From assembly GCF_006345805.1 (NCBI RefSeq), contig NC_043005.1:57102001-57166000 (forward strand): a stretch of DNA of 64,000 nt. Reading direction: 5' to 3'. The stretch comes from Octopus sinensis (Eukaryota). Below are positions 1-16,730 of this stretch, one piece after another (position 1 is the first letter of the stretch; every line of letters begins with the position of its first letter). Made by a program: the position numbers and the translations under genes. The notes under the pieces were generated by a model. It saw nothing but the letters and a program-made list of their open reading frames with translations. It made no database searches and was not told the DNA's origin.

Positions 1-142
1 TTTGTGTGTACATGTTTGTGTGTTTGTATGTGTGTGTGTGCTTGTCTGTCAGTATTACCAATGTATCTGTTTATATATAGACCCATTTACCTACCCATAC
101 ATGTATGCATATATACATACATACATACATACATACATACAA

Positions 143-740
143 TGTAGAGATAAATACTGGAATAGCTTACAGAGAGTTTGTGACAAAGCAAACAGAGTGA
201 ACACATGGTACAGGGCTGACAAATATCAAAGATTGGTATCTGTAGAGGCCATACCCAACAGGGAACTAGTCCGTAGATTTAGAAAAGCTCTGAAGTAGAT
301 CAAACGCAACATTACTCAACATTATGATCGTTGAAAAGCCAGGGAGCTCCATCAGATCTCAGTTATGTAGGACGTGCCCCTTTGAAAATATCACATTCAC
401 TAATGAGAACTGAGTGGTATGTAAGATTAACCCTAGCATTAACGGTAGAATTAGAAATGTAGTCTACAGCATATGGTGCATAGAGGATGCTTGTAAGAAG
501 AAAAACAGAGCATACATTGAAGAGACATCTAGGAGTATTGCGGTGAGAATAAATGGACACCTGTGGCAAAAACAGACCGTCATACTCTACCAACATTCCA
601 AAGACCAACATGGAAGCACACTTGGCTGACATAACATACGCATTTTATCCAAGCATCCGAAGGACCCATCACTCAGACAAATACAGGAGTACGTCCTCAT
701 AAATGAAATGTCCCCCGTACTAAATAGGAAATACACGTAG
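143..740 (+). mobile_element. Penelope-like element 3' fragment (decayed GIY-YIG endonuclease)
   Basis: ORF 414-629 reads NVVYSIWC..C....YIEETSRSIAVRINGH (GIY-YIG VY/YIG-E-T-R-R-H pattern); downstream LRQIQEYVLINEMSPVLNRK matches the E..I....P.LN C-terminus; stops and frameshifts present. Confidence 0.7.
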
Positions 741-908
741 AAGGTGGTGATACCCGTTTACCTGGTGCCCCAGCATGGCCGCGGCCTTCGGGCTAAAACA
801 TTTTTAAGGAATTAAGGATTTAAGGTACATTTGCCTGTAGGCTGTTAAGCAGGCAAATGTGTATACACAAGGGTAGGTAAATGGGTATATAGGTAAACAG
901 ACAGATAC

Positions 909-3362
909 CAGACACGTGCCGCCAGTAATTACTCAGGGTAGGCTGTTGGTGACGTTTATGTAGTAAAATATCATGAAAAGATTTGTCAGTATATAAAAGG
1001 ATGAAAATATTTAAAAAGTTTACTTCCTAATTATATTAGCCTATTTATACAGGAAATCCATTCTTCTCTCTTTCGTAGAAATTGAAAGTAGGGTCTTGCT
1101 CCATTTTGTTAAGTATTTCCTTTTCAATGGATATTAAAGCAAGTAACAAAAGTCTTTGATTTGTCATTCTGTTCATAGTGTAGCTCTTAATTCTTTTCAA
1201 AACAGAAAACGATCTCTCCACAGAAACAATTGTAGCAGGAACTGTCAAAATTATTGGCAGCAAATTCACAGTTTCGGGGAACTTTTAGGTCAGTTTATTT
1301 TCAAATGTTAAATCAAGCAAATTTTTAACGGATTTATCTCGAAACACTTGTGCATTGTAAATTCCAGCTAAATCCGCTTTCAATCTTATGATGTCGAAAA
1401 ACTTTCCATAGTTCTTTTCTAAACTTTCAAATGCATCCATACCAATTTGGCAAGCAAGATCTTGAAATTTATCTTCATGAACTAATGAAATAAACTTGAA
1501 ATTTTGAAATCAGCAAATCTTGCTTTCATGTTCTTCAGTGTGTCATCCAAAATTACACCAAATATTCCCATTCTTTCTTCTTTAACTGAACCTTTCGTAT
1601 GAGATTTTGATTTAGTTATTTTCCCTGCACCATTCTTCAAACTTTACATACAAATCCTCGAAACTTCTGTGTAGATTCTCAAGTAAATTTATTGTTCCAT
1701 TAATCCTCTCAATGCAGTATGAAATATTTATCATTTTGGTTTGTAGGACATTAAAAAGAGTGTCAGTTTTAATGAAAATATCATTATAAACCAACAGGAA
1801 AAAGTATGTTGAGTCTTGTTAGCCACTCATAAAACCCATTGCTTGTCACTAAAGTATCTGGATCCCACAACATAGGATTATTGTTCACATTGTTGAAGAG
1901 TTTGCAAAGGACACCATGGTATTGTAAAATTGTCTGGATTAGTTTTGAATTCGAACTCCATCTCGTTGGTGCTGCCTTTGAAACGCGTTTTCTCACTGTT
2001 TCATCAAGAAGTTGCGTTCGTTTTGTAGAGTGATGGAAAATTGAAGCAAGTGCCTCACTGGTCTTGAAAACGCTTCTACATTCAGTTATGAATTTTGCTG
2101 ACTGAAAACAAGATTTAACTTATGAGCATAGCAGTGAGTAAATAAAGCTGCTGGTGCCTTTTCTCTTACTTTAAGTTGAACACCATTTAAATAGGATGCC
2201 ATCACTAATGCCCCATCGTACGTCTGTGCTACAAGCTTCTCACAACAGCCGTATTTATTCAAATTATTAAATATACGCTCTGTTACACCTCCAAACAGTC
2301 CTGACCTTAAGAATGTCAAATCCTATAAAGACTTCTTTGATATCAGAGTCCTCAATACTGTAGAACACTGAGATGTTGATGAAATATCTGTCATTTCATC
2401 CACGACTATGGCAATGAACAAGGCCTGTGCGACTTATTTAATATTATTTTCTACGATCGTGCCTACTGTTTCTATCAAGTCATTTTGTATCTTATTAGAA
2501 AGGCCAGAAAAAAACTGATGAATTCTGTAAATGTTGTGCAAATTTGTCATCAAATTTTGCTGTATAGTTCAGCAACTCAACATAATTTCCGCGATTTAAC
2601 GATGATTTCTGTTCATTATCTCCGCGAAAATCAAGTTCCTGTTTAATCAAAAAACAAGTAGCACAAATCAATTCTAAAAAAATATATCTCTGTTCTCTTT
2701 AACCTTTTTATTGTGAACTTCAATGCTGACAGATTTCTGTTTATCTGAGAGCAAATCGATTCGTGTAGATTAAAATATTTTCAATGATATTTGGCTTTCA
2801 TAATGTGCTGCTGATCGTTCGTGTTTACTCAAAGCAGTGGGCAAATTATTTAAATCACAATATCATTCTTTTACCCACACACTTTCACTAGATACAAAAA
2901 ATAGTAAACATGAGAAACAGAAGAGCCTTTTTGTTGACGTACAGCCACACAACCATTCTTTCTTGCTGTACCAAGCATTTTGAAATGTTCTAATAATTTT
3001 TGCCCTTTTCTGTTGTTTTAGGTTCTTAAGTTCTGGTGTTGTTTTCTACCATTTTTTATAATTTGTCTCCTTTCTTCATAAGCTAGTTTTGAAAATGTCT
3101 TAAGATAGTCACTCTCCATTGCTGGAAAGGGGAAAAATGGAAATAAATGGAAATGAACTAAAACTGAAAGTAAAACACACAGAAAATAAGCGAAACACAG
3201 GTGCGTAACTGAGCTAGAGGTAGATTTACTTCTGCTTTTATAGCACGCATAGAAAACGGTATTGTAGGAGTGTACACGGCACGTGTACTACATGCGTAGC
3301 TTATACTGAGATTTAAAAGCAGGGGATAATTATGCCTACTTAATCTAATATATATATGTATA

Positions 3363-3404
<42 letters not shown>

Positions 3405-3572
3405 TTTCAATATGTGACCGCGTGTGTTTCGTAGGCGATTTTCTTTCACCGTCTTCCCTTCCTTGGACCTTTCATTTTTCTATGTTTCTGACGAAGAGCT
3501 CCGCTAGAAACGTTAAATCATCCTGCTTTCTTTCCTCGCGTTGTTGTGTTTTCTCTTTGTTGATGTTTGGAT

Positions 3573-3622
<50 letters not shown>

Positions 3623-3763
3623 ATTTATGCATAGTAACCATAGTAACCTTCATAATTTATTGAATTAGGTGCATATATTGCCGTAAGAGGAAAAAGTTGC
3701 TATCTCTCTATTTTACTCAAGGTAGGCACTGCCTACATTGCCAACCAGGACGGCACGTCGCTA
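909..3763 (-). mobile_element. hAT DNA transposon, decayed (ZMYM1/TTF-zinc-finger type transposase ~3119-1045)
   Basis: Minus-strand frames give RTFQNAWY..KEWLCGC...RLFCFSCLLF (TTF ZnF), QTYDGALVM...HCYAHKLNLV, PTRWSSN and TVPATIVSVERSFSVLKRIK (hAT dimerisation domain); imperfect TIRs CAGACACGTGCCG (909) / CGGCACGTCGCTA (3751-3763). Confidence 0.9.
3484..3518 (+). ncRNA. Minimal hammerhead ribozyme motif in a (TA)n-flanked module (3408-3577)
   Basis: gttt CTGACGA A GAGC tcc GCTA GAAA CGT T aaat; stem III palindrome ACGT; one stem II mismatch. Confidence 0.7.
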
Positions 3764-4114
3764 AGATACATAGTTAAGTAGATAATAGATAGGTACATAG
3801 GTAATACGGACAGGCAAACACACACGCAAACACATACACACAAAAGGAGATGGAAACATATGACCGTATACGCACACATTCCACGCACACATTCCACGCA
3901 CACGCATACACACAAAGGCACATAGGGAGATAAACATCCACACATAACAGACGCACGTACATAGTCACACAAACTCATACGCATAGACACTCAAGCATGC
4001 ACACACAAGGAGACAGAGGTACACACACAAATGCACATACAAAAAACAAACACAAACACACACACAAACGCACACACACACACCCACACACACATATATA
4101 TACATATTATATAG

Positions 4115-4145
<31 letters not shown>

Positions 4146-4155
4146 ATATATATAA

Positions 4156-4189
<34 letters not shown>

Positions 4190-4375
4190 GAGAGAGAAAG
4201 AAAGAAAAAAGGGCGTGTATGGTCACGGTCCAGCGCAAACATTAATTTGTTTAATACACGTTTGCGTTCAAGTGTGAAGTGTATGTATATACTATTAAAT
4301 GTTCACGCTTCATCTACTTGGGGTCATCAGTAACTACACACAATCATGTTGCATTAACACACACACACACGCACA

Positions 4376-4455
<80 letters not shown>

Positions 4456-5074
4456 AATACGCACGCACTGAATACTAAATGCTTACTAAATATACAACAG
4501 CTTCCGGATCTTCGGATCTCGTAAAAAATTGACGACTAAAAGTTCCAGTTGCTCAGTCAACCGAATTAAATCTAGGACCTTCTTCAGTCGCGGTGGCTAT
4601 GGTTGGCTGCACATTGAAAAATCTCCGTGATGTAGATCTGGGTAAGATTTATTTTTTAGCGGAAGACTCGCAGCTGCCCCCCGGTCTTCAGAGAAGTACC
4701 GAGGCAAAGGTTTGATACTGCTTGGCACCCGTATCGTTGCAAGTGCCGCTATCAGAATGCAAAACTGCCGGAGCAGATATTGCAAGAGCAGTCTGTATGA
4801 TCGCCTAATAATTCTGCTAATGCCCTGCCCTGGATTGATATTTTATTTTAACGACTCCGAAAGGTTCAAAGGCAAAGTTGTCGTCTGTAGAATTTGAAAG
4901 CAGGACACATGGAGTCGGAACAAACAATGCGAGACATTCTGTCTCAGTCACCTGAAATACTTAACTACCTACAACTGAGAACTTCCCTGTATTGAGCGAG
5001 CCTGTTGCTAAGCATTTGCGATATAAAGTATTAAAAAAAACCCTCTGTAGTATTCCACTGATATTTATACCCAT

Positions 5075-5610
5075 TAAGGCTGCGAGCTGGCAGAAACATT
5101 AAGCACGCCGGGCGAAATGCTTAGTAGTACTTCGTCTGTCTTCACGTTCTGAGTTCAAATTCCGCCGAGGTCGACTTTGCCTTTCATCCTTTCGGGGTCG
5201 ATAAATTAAGTACCAGTTACGTACTGGGGTCGATGTCATCGACTTAATCCATTTGTGTGTCTTTGTTTGTCCCTTCTATGTTTAGCTCCTTATGGGCAAT
5301 AAAGAAATAAGAATTTCGTCTGTCTTAACGGTCTGAGTTCAAATTCCGCTGAGATCGACTTTGCCTTTCTTCCTTTTAAATGCGGCGAGCTGGCAGAATC
5401 GTTAGCACGCTGGGCGAAATGCTTAGAGGTATTTCGTCTGCCGCTACGTTCTGAGTTCAAATTCCGCCGAGGTCGACTTTGCCTTTCATCTTTTCGGGGT
5501 CGATTAAATAAGTACCAGTTACGCACTGGGGTCGATATAATCGACTTAATCCGTTTGTCTGTCCTTGTTTGTCCACTCTATGTTTAGCCCCTTGTGTAGT
5601 AAAGAAATAA
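5075..5610 (+). mobile_element. Composite of Nin-domain-like SINEs (full + partial + full)
   Basis: Head GGCGGCGAGCTGGCAGAA...GAGTTCAAATTCC, core GCCTTTCATCCTTTCGGGGTCGATAAATTAAGTACC; whole block flanked by ATATTTATACCCAT (5061-5074, 5611-5624). Confidence 0.85.
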
Positions 5611-6197
5611 ATATTTATACCCATAACATGATATATAGACAGCAAAATGACAGACTCATTAAAGCTTAGGATAGAATAATTTGTGGTATTTGTTCTGCCT
5701 GTCTGTGCGCTGAGTCCAAACCCGACCAGGGCAACTTTACGTGTCATCATATCGGATCCGATGAAATAAAGTAGCCAGTACAGGGCTGGAAGAATCATTA
5801 GCGCATCAAATAAAATACCTGGAAGAATCATTAGCGCATCAAATAAAATACCTTGTGATATTTGTTCGGGCTATTAAATATTATAATTGGTATCAGTGTG
5901 GTGTTTGTGTATGTGTGTGTGTGTGCGCGCGCTAAACATATCAATAAGGCTAATTACCTTATTGATCTATTTAGTATAGATCTTTGTTTCTGATTATGAA
6001 AGAGTCAGGCATATAATTGTATTTGTCACATTACCAGGAGTTAAATACAATATTGATTATTGATTATGGATAAATAATTATCATAAAATGGACGGGAAAA
6101 GCAACTTCATGAGACATTAATCTCTAAGCATAAAACATCAACAAAACGTAAAGCCGATATCTGTCACGCAGTTTCAATCTGCCCACGTTTGGTTTGC

Positions 6198-6570
6198 GTG
6201 CCATGCTGGAGCACCCGCCTTTAGTCGAGCCAATCGACCCCAGGACTTATTCTTTGTAAGCCTAGTACTTATTCTCTCGGTCTCTTTTGCCGAACCGCTA
6301 AGTTACGGGGGCGTAAACACACCAGCATCGGTTGTCAAGCGATGTTGGAGGTGGGGGGACAAACACAGACACACAAACATATACACACACATACACACAC
6401 ACATATATACATATATACGACGAACTTCTTTCAGTTTCCGTCTACCAAATCCACTCACAAGGCTTTGGTCGGTCCGAGGCTATAGTAGAAGACACTTGCC
6501 CAAGGTGCCACGCAGTGGGACTGAACCCGGAACCGTGTTGTTGGTAAGCAAGCTATTTACCACACTGCCA
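6198..6570 (-). mobile_element. tRNA-derived SINE with internal microsatellite (CORE-like CCTTGGGCAAGTG)
   Basis: Matches copies at 41800, 47433 and 49719; B-box GGTTCAGTCCC. Confidence 0.85.
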
Positions 6571-6682
6571 TGGCCCGTTTTTTTTTTTAAATATCTGGTT
6601 GAACAGGTGGGTAGTATCTCTGAAATTTTGTTGTATGATGTCTTCCATGTATGTATGTATGTATGTATGTATGTATGTATGT

Positions 6683-6850
6683 ACTGTAAATCTTTGAGTA
6701 TAGTCCGGCCTTGAGTATAATACGCAGGGGCTTATAGGGGTCTGTACCTCTGAAAAACTTAAACCTTGTGTATAATACGCACCCCTTCTCTAACTTGAGT
6801 CGTGCATAGTTAAGCCAGCAGCATCTAGTCGAACAAACACTTCTGCGCAT
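6683..6850 (+). mobile_element. pogo/Tc-like MITE left end
   Basis: TA-CTGTAAATC start followed by repeated G(A/T)GTATAATACGCA subterminal motifs; no right end seen. Confidence 0.35.
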
Positions 6851-7278
6851 GCGTAATACAATAATGGTGGTGTTCTTAACTGTTATATGGGAATGTATTC
6901 ATGTACATGCGCACGTACGTATGTATGTATACACAAGTATAATATCTATTTTCCGGAAAGGCTTTGGTTCCAAAGCCTTTTCGGTTTGCTGATTTTTCCG
7001 AACCAGAGGTATTCCCCTTGTTCAAAATTTTCTAAATTAAACAAATATTAAATATATTTAGTTAATTAAATGAAATACAGGCACTTGTACATTAGCATAA
7101 GTTATAGAAGTTTATTAATATTGTATTGTACAAGGAATTAATAAATTAATCAGGGAGCCGTGGGAACTTGAAGCTCCTACTCGAAAATTAGTACGGATTG
7201 AGGTACCGGATCATCAGTGTGTGAAAGTCCGGTGATATGTGTATATATATACATACATACATACATACATACATACAT

Positions 7279-7331
<53 letters not shown>

Positions 7332-7333
7332 AG

Positions 7334-7365
<32 letters not shown>

Positions 7366-7652
7366 ATATAGATATTATATATGTATATATATATATGTAT
7401 ACATAATATGTGTGTGTGTTGTATATATATATATATAATAATATATATATATATATATACATATACACACGTGCGTGCATACATTTATACATACGTACGT
7501 ACATACATGCATGACATTTCAATCTGTTCGATCTGGCAAAATATAATCCAAATTGATAATCCTATTAACAACTCACCTCAGACAATTAGAAATCTGTATT
7601 AGAACAATTAGCCAACCTAAGAGAAAGAGAGGGAGAGAGAGAGAGGAGAGAG

Positions 7653-7722
<70 letters not shown>

Positions 7723-7813
7723 CAGACAGACAGAGGGAGAGAGACAGACAAACAGAAACAGACACTGAGATATAGGTAGGTGGGTTTGGATGGATGGATA
7801 GAAAGATAGATAG

Positions 7814-7858
<45 letters not shown>

Positions 7859-8423
7859 ATATTTAACCTGCCTGTCTATATATATATGTATGTATTATGT
7901 ATGTATGTATGTATGTATGATGTATGTATGTATGTAAGTGAGTAAATTATAGAGAAAGAGGATAACTATGAACAATTGATTCGAAACATATAACTTCTTT
8001 ACCCAGATTATAAATTTACATTTATACCAATAAAAATTGGCGTTCTTGGTTTAGCTAGTAAATGCCTAAATAATAATCTTGAAAGTAGAATTTTCAGAAA
8101 AAGAAACCGACCAGTTAGCACGCTCATTGCCGATATAATCTGTAAAGAGAACAGTAAAAATATGCGAGACTTTTCTCAAGTTCAAAATGTGAATTTGAGT
8201 TTGTTATCTATATTCCAATGTCGGAACATTGTGCCTTTGTTAGAAAGCAGCGCCTTTCTTACAGGAAGACTTCAAATAAGAAGAATACAAGTTTGTGTGT
8301 GTGTGTGTACGTACGCACGCACGTACGTACGTACGTATGTATGTATGTATGTCGCCATGATAGATCGTTAGCCACTACACACATTGTTTTTCTCTCCTTG
8401 TTTCTCTCCGTGTTTTTTTCTGT

Positions 8424-8465
8424 GTCCTTTTCTGGAGAAGAGCGTAGGCTCGAAACGTAAAAGAC
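8424..8465 (+). ncRNA. Minimal hammerhead motif (variant core CUGGAGA) in module 8357-8556
   Basis: ctttt CTGGAGA A GAGC gtag GCTC GAAA CGT A aaag; module flanked by (TGTA)n. Confidence 0.6.
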
Positions 8466-9175
8466 TTTTTCTATTCCTGAGCGTTATACTAATACATCTG
8501 TTTGTTTTGTACACCACCTGTCTTCGTGTTTTGCTTTTTTTCGTAAAACTCTCCCTATGTATGTATGTATGTATGTATGTATGTATGTATGTATGTATGT
8601 ATGTATGTATGTATGTATGTGTACGTGTGTGCGTGTATTTGTGTGCTTGTTTGTATGTGTATGTGTACATGTGTGCGTGTGTGTACGCGTGGGCATGTAT
8701 TCGTTTGAATTTACAAACAAGAGGAAAAAAGCCATTACTGAAACAGAAGTCAGTTATTTCTTGCAGAGCTAAGTTTAAACTGTTCTTGTTACTCTGAGTT
8801 TCGTGACTATCCTCGTTGATCACGCATGTATGTATATATTTATGAACACACAGACGGACACGCACACACACGCACAAACACACATGCACACACATATACA
8901 CACACACACACACATGCACATACACACATGTCAGATTTGTATTTGTCCAACGAGTGACTTGGTCTGAGACGGCGTGTATAAGCTGAAGAAGCAAATTCAT
9001 TGAAGAACGATGCTAACCACTTGATAATACATATTTTAGTTAAATTTACAAGGCCAGATCACGTGATTTGGTAGACCCGGCGGCAGCGATGGCGGCTGAT
9101 TTATCTTGCGCTAGCGATATAAAGAAGAGTTCTTATATGCATCACAAGTCCATATGAGGGTCTCTCATGGTATTG

Positions 9176-9560
9176 GAAGCACTCCGTCGGTTACGACGAT
9201 GAGGGTTCCGGTTGATCCGAATCAACGGAACAGCCTGCTCGTGAAATTAACGTGTAAGTGGCCGAGCACTCCACAGACACGTGCACCCTTAACGTAGTTC
9301 TCGGGGATATTCAGCGTGACACAGAGAGTGACAAGGTCGGCCCTTTGAAATACAGGTACAACTGAAACAAGAAGTAAGAGTGAGAGAAAGTTGTGGTGAA
9401 AGAATACAGCAGGGATCACCACCATACCCTGCGGAGACCCCTCGTGGAGCTTTTAGTGTTTTCAGCTCAATAAACACTCAAACGCCGGTCTGGGAATCGA
9501 AACCCACGATCCTATGAACCGCGAGTCCGCTGCCCTAACCACTGGGCCATTGCGCCTCCT
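9176..9560 (-). mobile_element. tRNA-derived SINE (head GGAGGCGCAATGGCCCAGTGGTTAGG)
   Basis: A-box TGGCCCAGTGG and B-box GTTTCGATTCC; TSD TCTCATGGTATT at 9164-9175 and 9562-9573. Confidence 0.85.
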
Positions 9561-9703
9561 TCTCATGGTATTATACGAAACAACGTTCTCAATCAACGGC
9601 ACACAGTTAACTACTTACTCCGAACAACTGACAATTTTTTTTATATAACAATGAATCAGTCCACTTTTAGTCACTTAGTGGTGGTGGGTCGGAATCCTTT
9701 CAC

Positions 9704-9738
<35 letters not shown>

Positions 9739-9741
<3 letters not shown>

Positions 9742-9961
9742 TTACTACCCACAAGGGGCTAAACACAGAGGGGACAAACAAGGACAAACGGATTAAGTCG
9801 ATTACATCGATCTCCAGTGCGTAACTGGTACTTAATTTATCGACCCCGAAAGGATGAAAGTCAAAGTCGACCTCGGCGGAATTTGAACCCAGAAAGTAAA
9901 GGCAGACGAAATACAGCTACGCATTTCGCCCGCGTGCTAACGTTTCTGCCAGCTCGCCGCC
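9739..9961 (-). mobile_element. Nin-domain-like SINE
   Basis: Reverse complement of the 5381-5610 family; flanking CACAACTAT repeats. Confidence 0.85.
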
Positions 9962-9969
9962 CGCACAAC

Positions 9970-10022
<53 letters not shown>

Positions 10023-10054
10023 ATATATATATAATATATATATATAATATATAT

Positions 10055-10115
<61 letters not shown>

Positions 10116-10303
10116 TATTATATATATATATAAACAAAGATAAATGCGATACAATAAAATTAATTATAATCGCCGGTGTACCAGTACACGCCATATATTA
10201 GACATATATCATTACATTCAAGGCGAAGAGGTGTACTAGATACACAATAGCTGGATAAATTTCGTGTGAGATGAGGTTTAAAAACTTTTACAAACTTAAC
10301 TTT

Positions 10304-10375
10304 TCTTATACTGCAGTTTCGCCAAATTCAGTAATAAAAAATAGTATTTATTACTCAGGCGGGCTCTCAGTAAGA
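10304..10375 (-). ncRNA. Hammerhead ribozyme copy A (core one nt short, CUGAGA)
   Basis: Minus strand: tctta CTGAGA gcc...ggc GAAA CTGCAGT A taaga. Confidence 0.65.
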
Positions 10376-10703
10376 TTCTGTTAATGATGGAAAGACCATA
10401 CCATAGATCCATGTGCGTCTATCGAAATGCTCTTTCTAAACTATTCAAAACACTGCGCAGACTCCGAACAAACCGACAAAATAGGGGATTGTGGTATATC
10501 GTCTAACGGTCAGAAATTTATCGAGAGAATATGTAAACAAGATAAATGCGATACAATAAAATTAATTATAATCGCCGGTGTACCAGTACACGCCATATAT
10601 TATACATATATCATTACATTCAAGGCGAAGAGTGTACTAGATACACAATAGCTGGATAAATTTCGTGAGATGAGGTTTAAAAAACTTTTACAAACTTAAC
10701 TTT

Positions 10704-10777
10704 TCTTATACTGCAGTTTCGCCAAAATTCAGTAATAAAAATAGTATTTATTTACTCAGGCTGGCTCTTCAGTAAGA
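10704..10777 (-). ncRNA. Hammerhead ribozyme copy B (intact core)
   Basis: Minus strand: tctta CTGAAGA GCCA..long hairpin..TGGC GAAA CTGCAGT A taaga; stem I 5 bp, stem III palindrome ACTGCAGT, GUA site. Confidence 0.9.
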
Positions 10778-10934
10778 TTCTGTTAATGATGGAAAGACCA
10801 TACCAATAGATCCATGTGCGTCTATCGAAATGCTCTTTCTAAACTATTCAAAACACTGCGCAGACTCCGAACAAACCCGACAAAATAGGGGATTGTGGTA
10901 TATCGTCTGTGGTATATATATATATATGTATATA

Positions 10935-11000
<66 letters not shown>

Positions 11001-11039
11001 TATATATATATACAAATATATATATATATTATATACACC

Positions 11040-14400
<3,361 letters not shown>

Positions 14401-15317
14401 ATGTTTTTTTTTTTAATAAGTAAAAGCATCGTAAGAGTTAGTGATGTGTCTTTGGTCTATGTTGTGGGTGTACGTCCATCTGTTTTCCTCACGTGACCAC
14501 TAGATCTTTCAAGATCCCTCTTGAAAAAATCTAATCCCTGATAACGACGTGGTTTCACGTATCGACCGCCAGCAGTCGTGTAGGGGCATTAGTTACAAAT
14601 CTAAGGAAGAGGCGGTGGTTATTTGTTTTCATGGGGATGGAAGCTGTTCTAATCGATAAGTATCGAACGGCAACATACATTAATATATCTCACATCAGAG
14701 CAAAGCCTTCAGATGACCACCTGACCTGCTGGAAATGACAGCTAAATCTCCTTCAATATGCTCGGAAATTTTCAAGAATTTATTTTCAAAAACTCTGAGT
14801 CGGCGAGACGAGACGTCTTTTTTGCCTTGTTTCTTTCTTTCTTTTTTAATGAACTCATTTGATAATGTAGTGCAAGGTGCACAATGTCTGGAAAATGGAC
14901 GGGATGGTCATTGTTGGGTTGTTTTTGAAGATAGATCTAACTGATTAAGGATGACCTGGAGCTAAACATTAACAACACAACACCTACCATCATCACATCA
15001 GCATTATGCTCAACAACATTAACAATTGCACTAACATTATTTTCATAAACCACAACCATCACTGTTGTCAACACAGGACAATTGCCACCATCGCCAACAC
15101 CAGCACCAACACTATCATCATCAATACAATAATCTTGATGATTCCAACCATCACTAATACTACCAGCACCACAACCCCCACAACCAGTACCATCAGCCAT
15201 CAACGCTCAAACGAGCCAACATGAGGACCTTTATGTGATCAACCAACATACACTATTTGCAACCAAACGTTTTCTAAATGCTCAAAAGTTAGAGATTGTT
15301 TTTCTTTTTTCCAGTCG

Positions 15318-15610
15318 CTACTTGACTGTATAATAGATTAACTGTTGTCCTTTTCTTCCATACTGATGACCTACAAGATGTAGAAACAGTCTGTCTGTAG
15401 ATGTAGGGTCACTACTTGATTGTATAAAAGAGTAACTATTGTCCTTTTCTTCTATACTGATGACCTACAAGATGTAGAAACAGTCTGTCTGTAGATGTAG
15501 GACAAATATTAAATAAGAAATGTATAAACAATATAACATTATTGTCTTTTTATTCCATACTGATAACCTATAAGATTCAGATATAGTCTGTCTATAGATG
15601 GAGGACAATT
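15318..15610 (+). ncRNA. Tandem hammerhead-like units (period 94 then 103 bp; third unit decayed)
   Basis: CTGATGA at 15363 and 15457; ttgtcct..tctata CTGATGA cc TACA aga TGTA GAAA CAgtcTGT C tgtaga..aggacaa; stem II junction non-canonical. Confidence 0.65.
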
Positions 15611-16227
15611 ATTAAATATGAAATGCATAAAAATATATATAACATGTTTAGTTACTTGCTTATAATAATTTTTGTAAATAGTTGTTTTAAAAAAGCATGG
15701 TGTCGGTGAAAAAAGCCTACGAAAAAGAAGAGAGGAAATGTCAATGAAAATGAGAAGGTGCAAAAGGAGTAGATGAAAAAGGAAGAACTAATCAAACTAC
15801 TTCCTGAGCAACATTGCTGCTAACCGCAACAGTGACACAGCTCAAAACAGCGTCTACGATCGCCACTTCATTGCGTCCATAACCACTAACTCCACCACAA
15901 ACTACAACAATGAGACAATGTAGAAGGCTTCTACATAACCCCTCGATATCAGAAATAGCGATTGAAGCTCCCTCAAATAACATCCCACTGTCTTAGAAAA
16001 GAACACGTTGGATAACGTTGGTGTTTTGGGGAAAATAATGCAGAATTTTCGGACTAGCAACTTCAAGCTCTGATATATCTGATTTCTTTCTTCTTCTCAG
16101 CACAAGTACATTCTGAAATTGCTTTTTATACTCTTCATTATATTTTTATCATTTATACTATATTTTTATACTTATAAATATTTTTATCACTTATACTGTA
16201 GGAACAGGGCCTGGATTTTTGTAGAGA

Positions 16228-16350
16228 GGGGGATATCGATTACATCGACACCAGTACTCAACTGGTACTTAATTTATCAACCCCGAAAGGATGAAAGGCA
16301 AAGTTGACCTCGGCGGAATTTGAACTCAGAACGTAACGGCAAACGAAATA
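16228..16350 (-). mobile_element. Nin-domain-like SINE fragment
   Basis: GGTACTTAATTTATCAACCCCGAAAGGATGAAAGGC core. Confidence 0.75.
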
Positions 16351-16470
16351 CTACTAAAGTGAAGTGTTTTTGAGCTATCTTCTTTCGAAAAACGGGTAGC
16401 AGGTTATTTTGCAGTTATCTATAACAATGTCCTTGCTTTCTTGACTAAATATTATATATTCCAGTAAATA

Positions 16471-16730
16471 AAGTAAAAAATGAATGCGCCCTTTTAAAGC
16501 CTAGCCAGACTCATGGGGCCGGTTTCCTGGTTTTAATGGCGTATGTGTTTCCCAGCTGGACGGGACGCCAGCCCATCACAGCGTTACTCATTTTTGCCGG
16601 CTGAGTGGATTGGAGCAACGTGAAATGAAGTGTTTTGCTCAAGAACACAACGCGTCGCCCGGTCCAGAAATCGAAACCACAATCTTATGATTATGTTGCT
16701 GACACCCTAACCACTAAGCCGCGCGCCTCC
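16471..16730 (-). mobile_element. tRNA-derived SINE (Meta-domain-like body)
   Basis: Head GGAGGCGCGCGGCTTAGTGGTTAGG; body TTCTTGAGCAAAACACTT...GATGGGCTGGCGTCCCGTCCAG; TSD ATTCCAGTAAATA at 16458-16470 and 16731-16743. Confidence 0.85.

Larger units (their letters stand above)
10132..10908 (-). repeat. Tandem 400-bp units, each with a hammerhead (retrozyme/pLTR-like)
   Basis: Two near-identical units (10311 matches 10711) bounded by (TA)n. Confidence 0.85.

Noticed and set aside
901-908. 8-bp hAT TSD
   Set aside because: Flanks share AGATAC but are out of register by 2 nt
4560-4810. GC-richer stretch as a possible exon
   Set aside because: No recognisable protein motif or convincing splice sites
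14540-14600. Possible minus-strand hammerhead (GAAACCACGTC)
   Set aside because: No acceptable CUGANGA core
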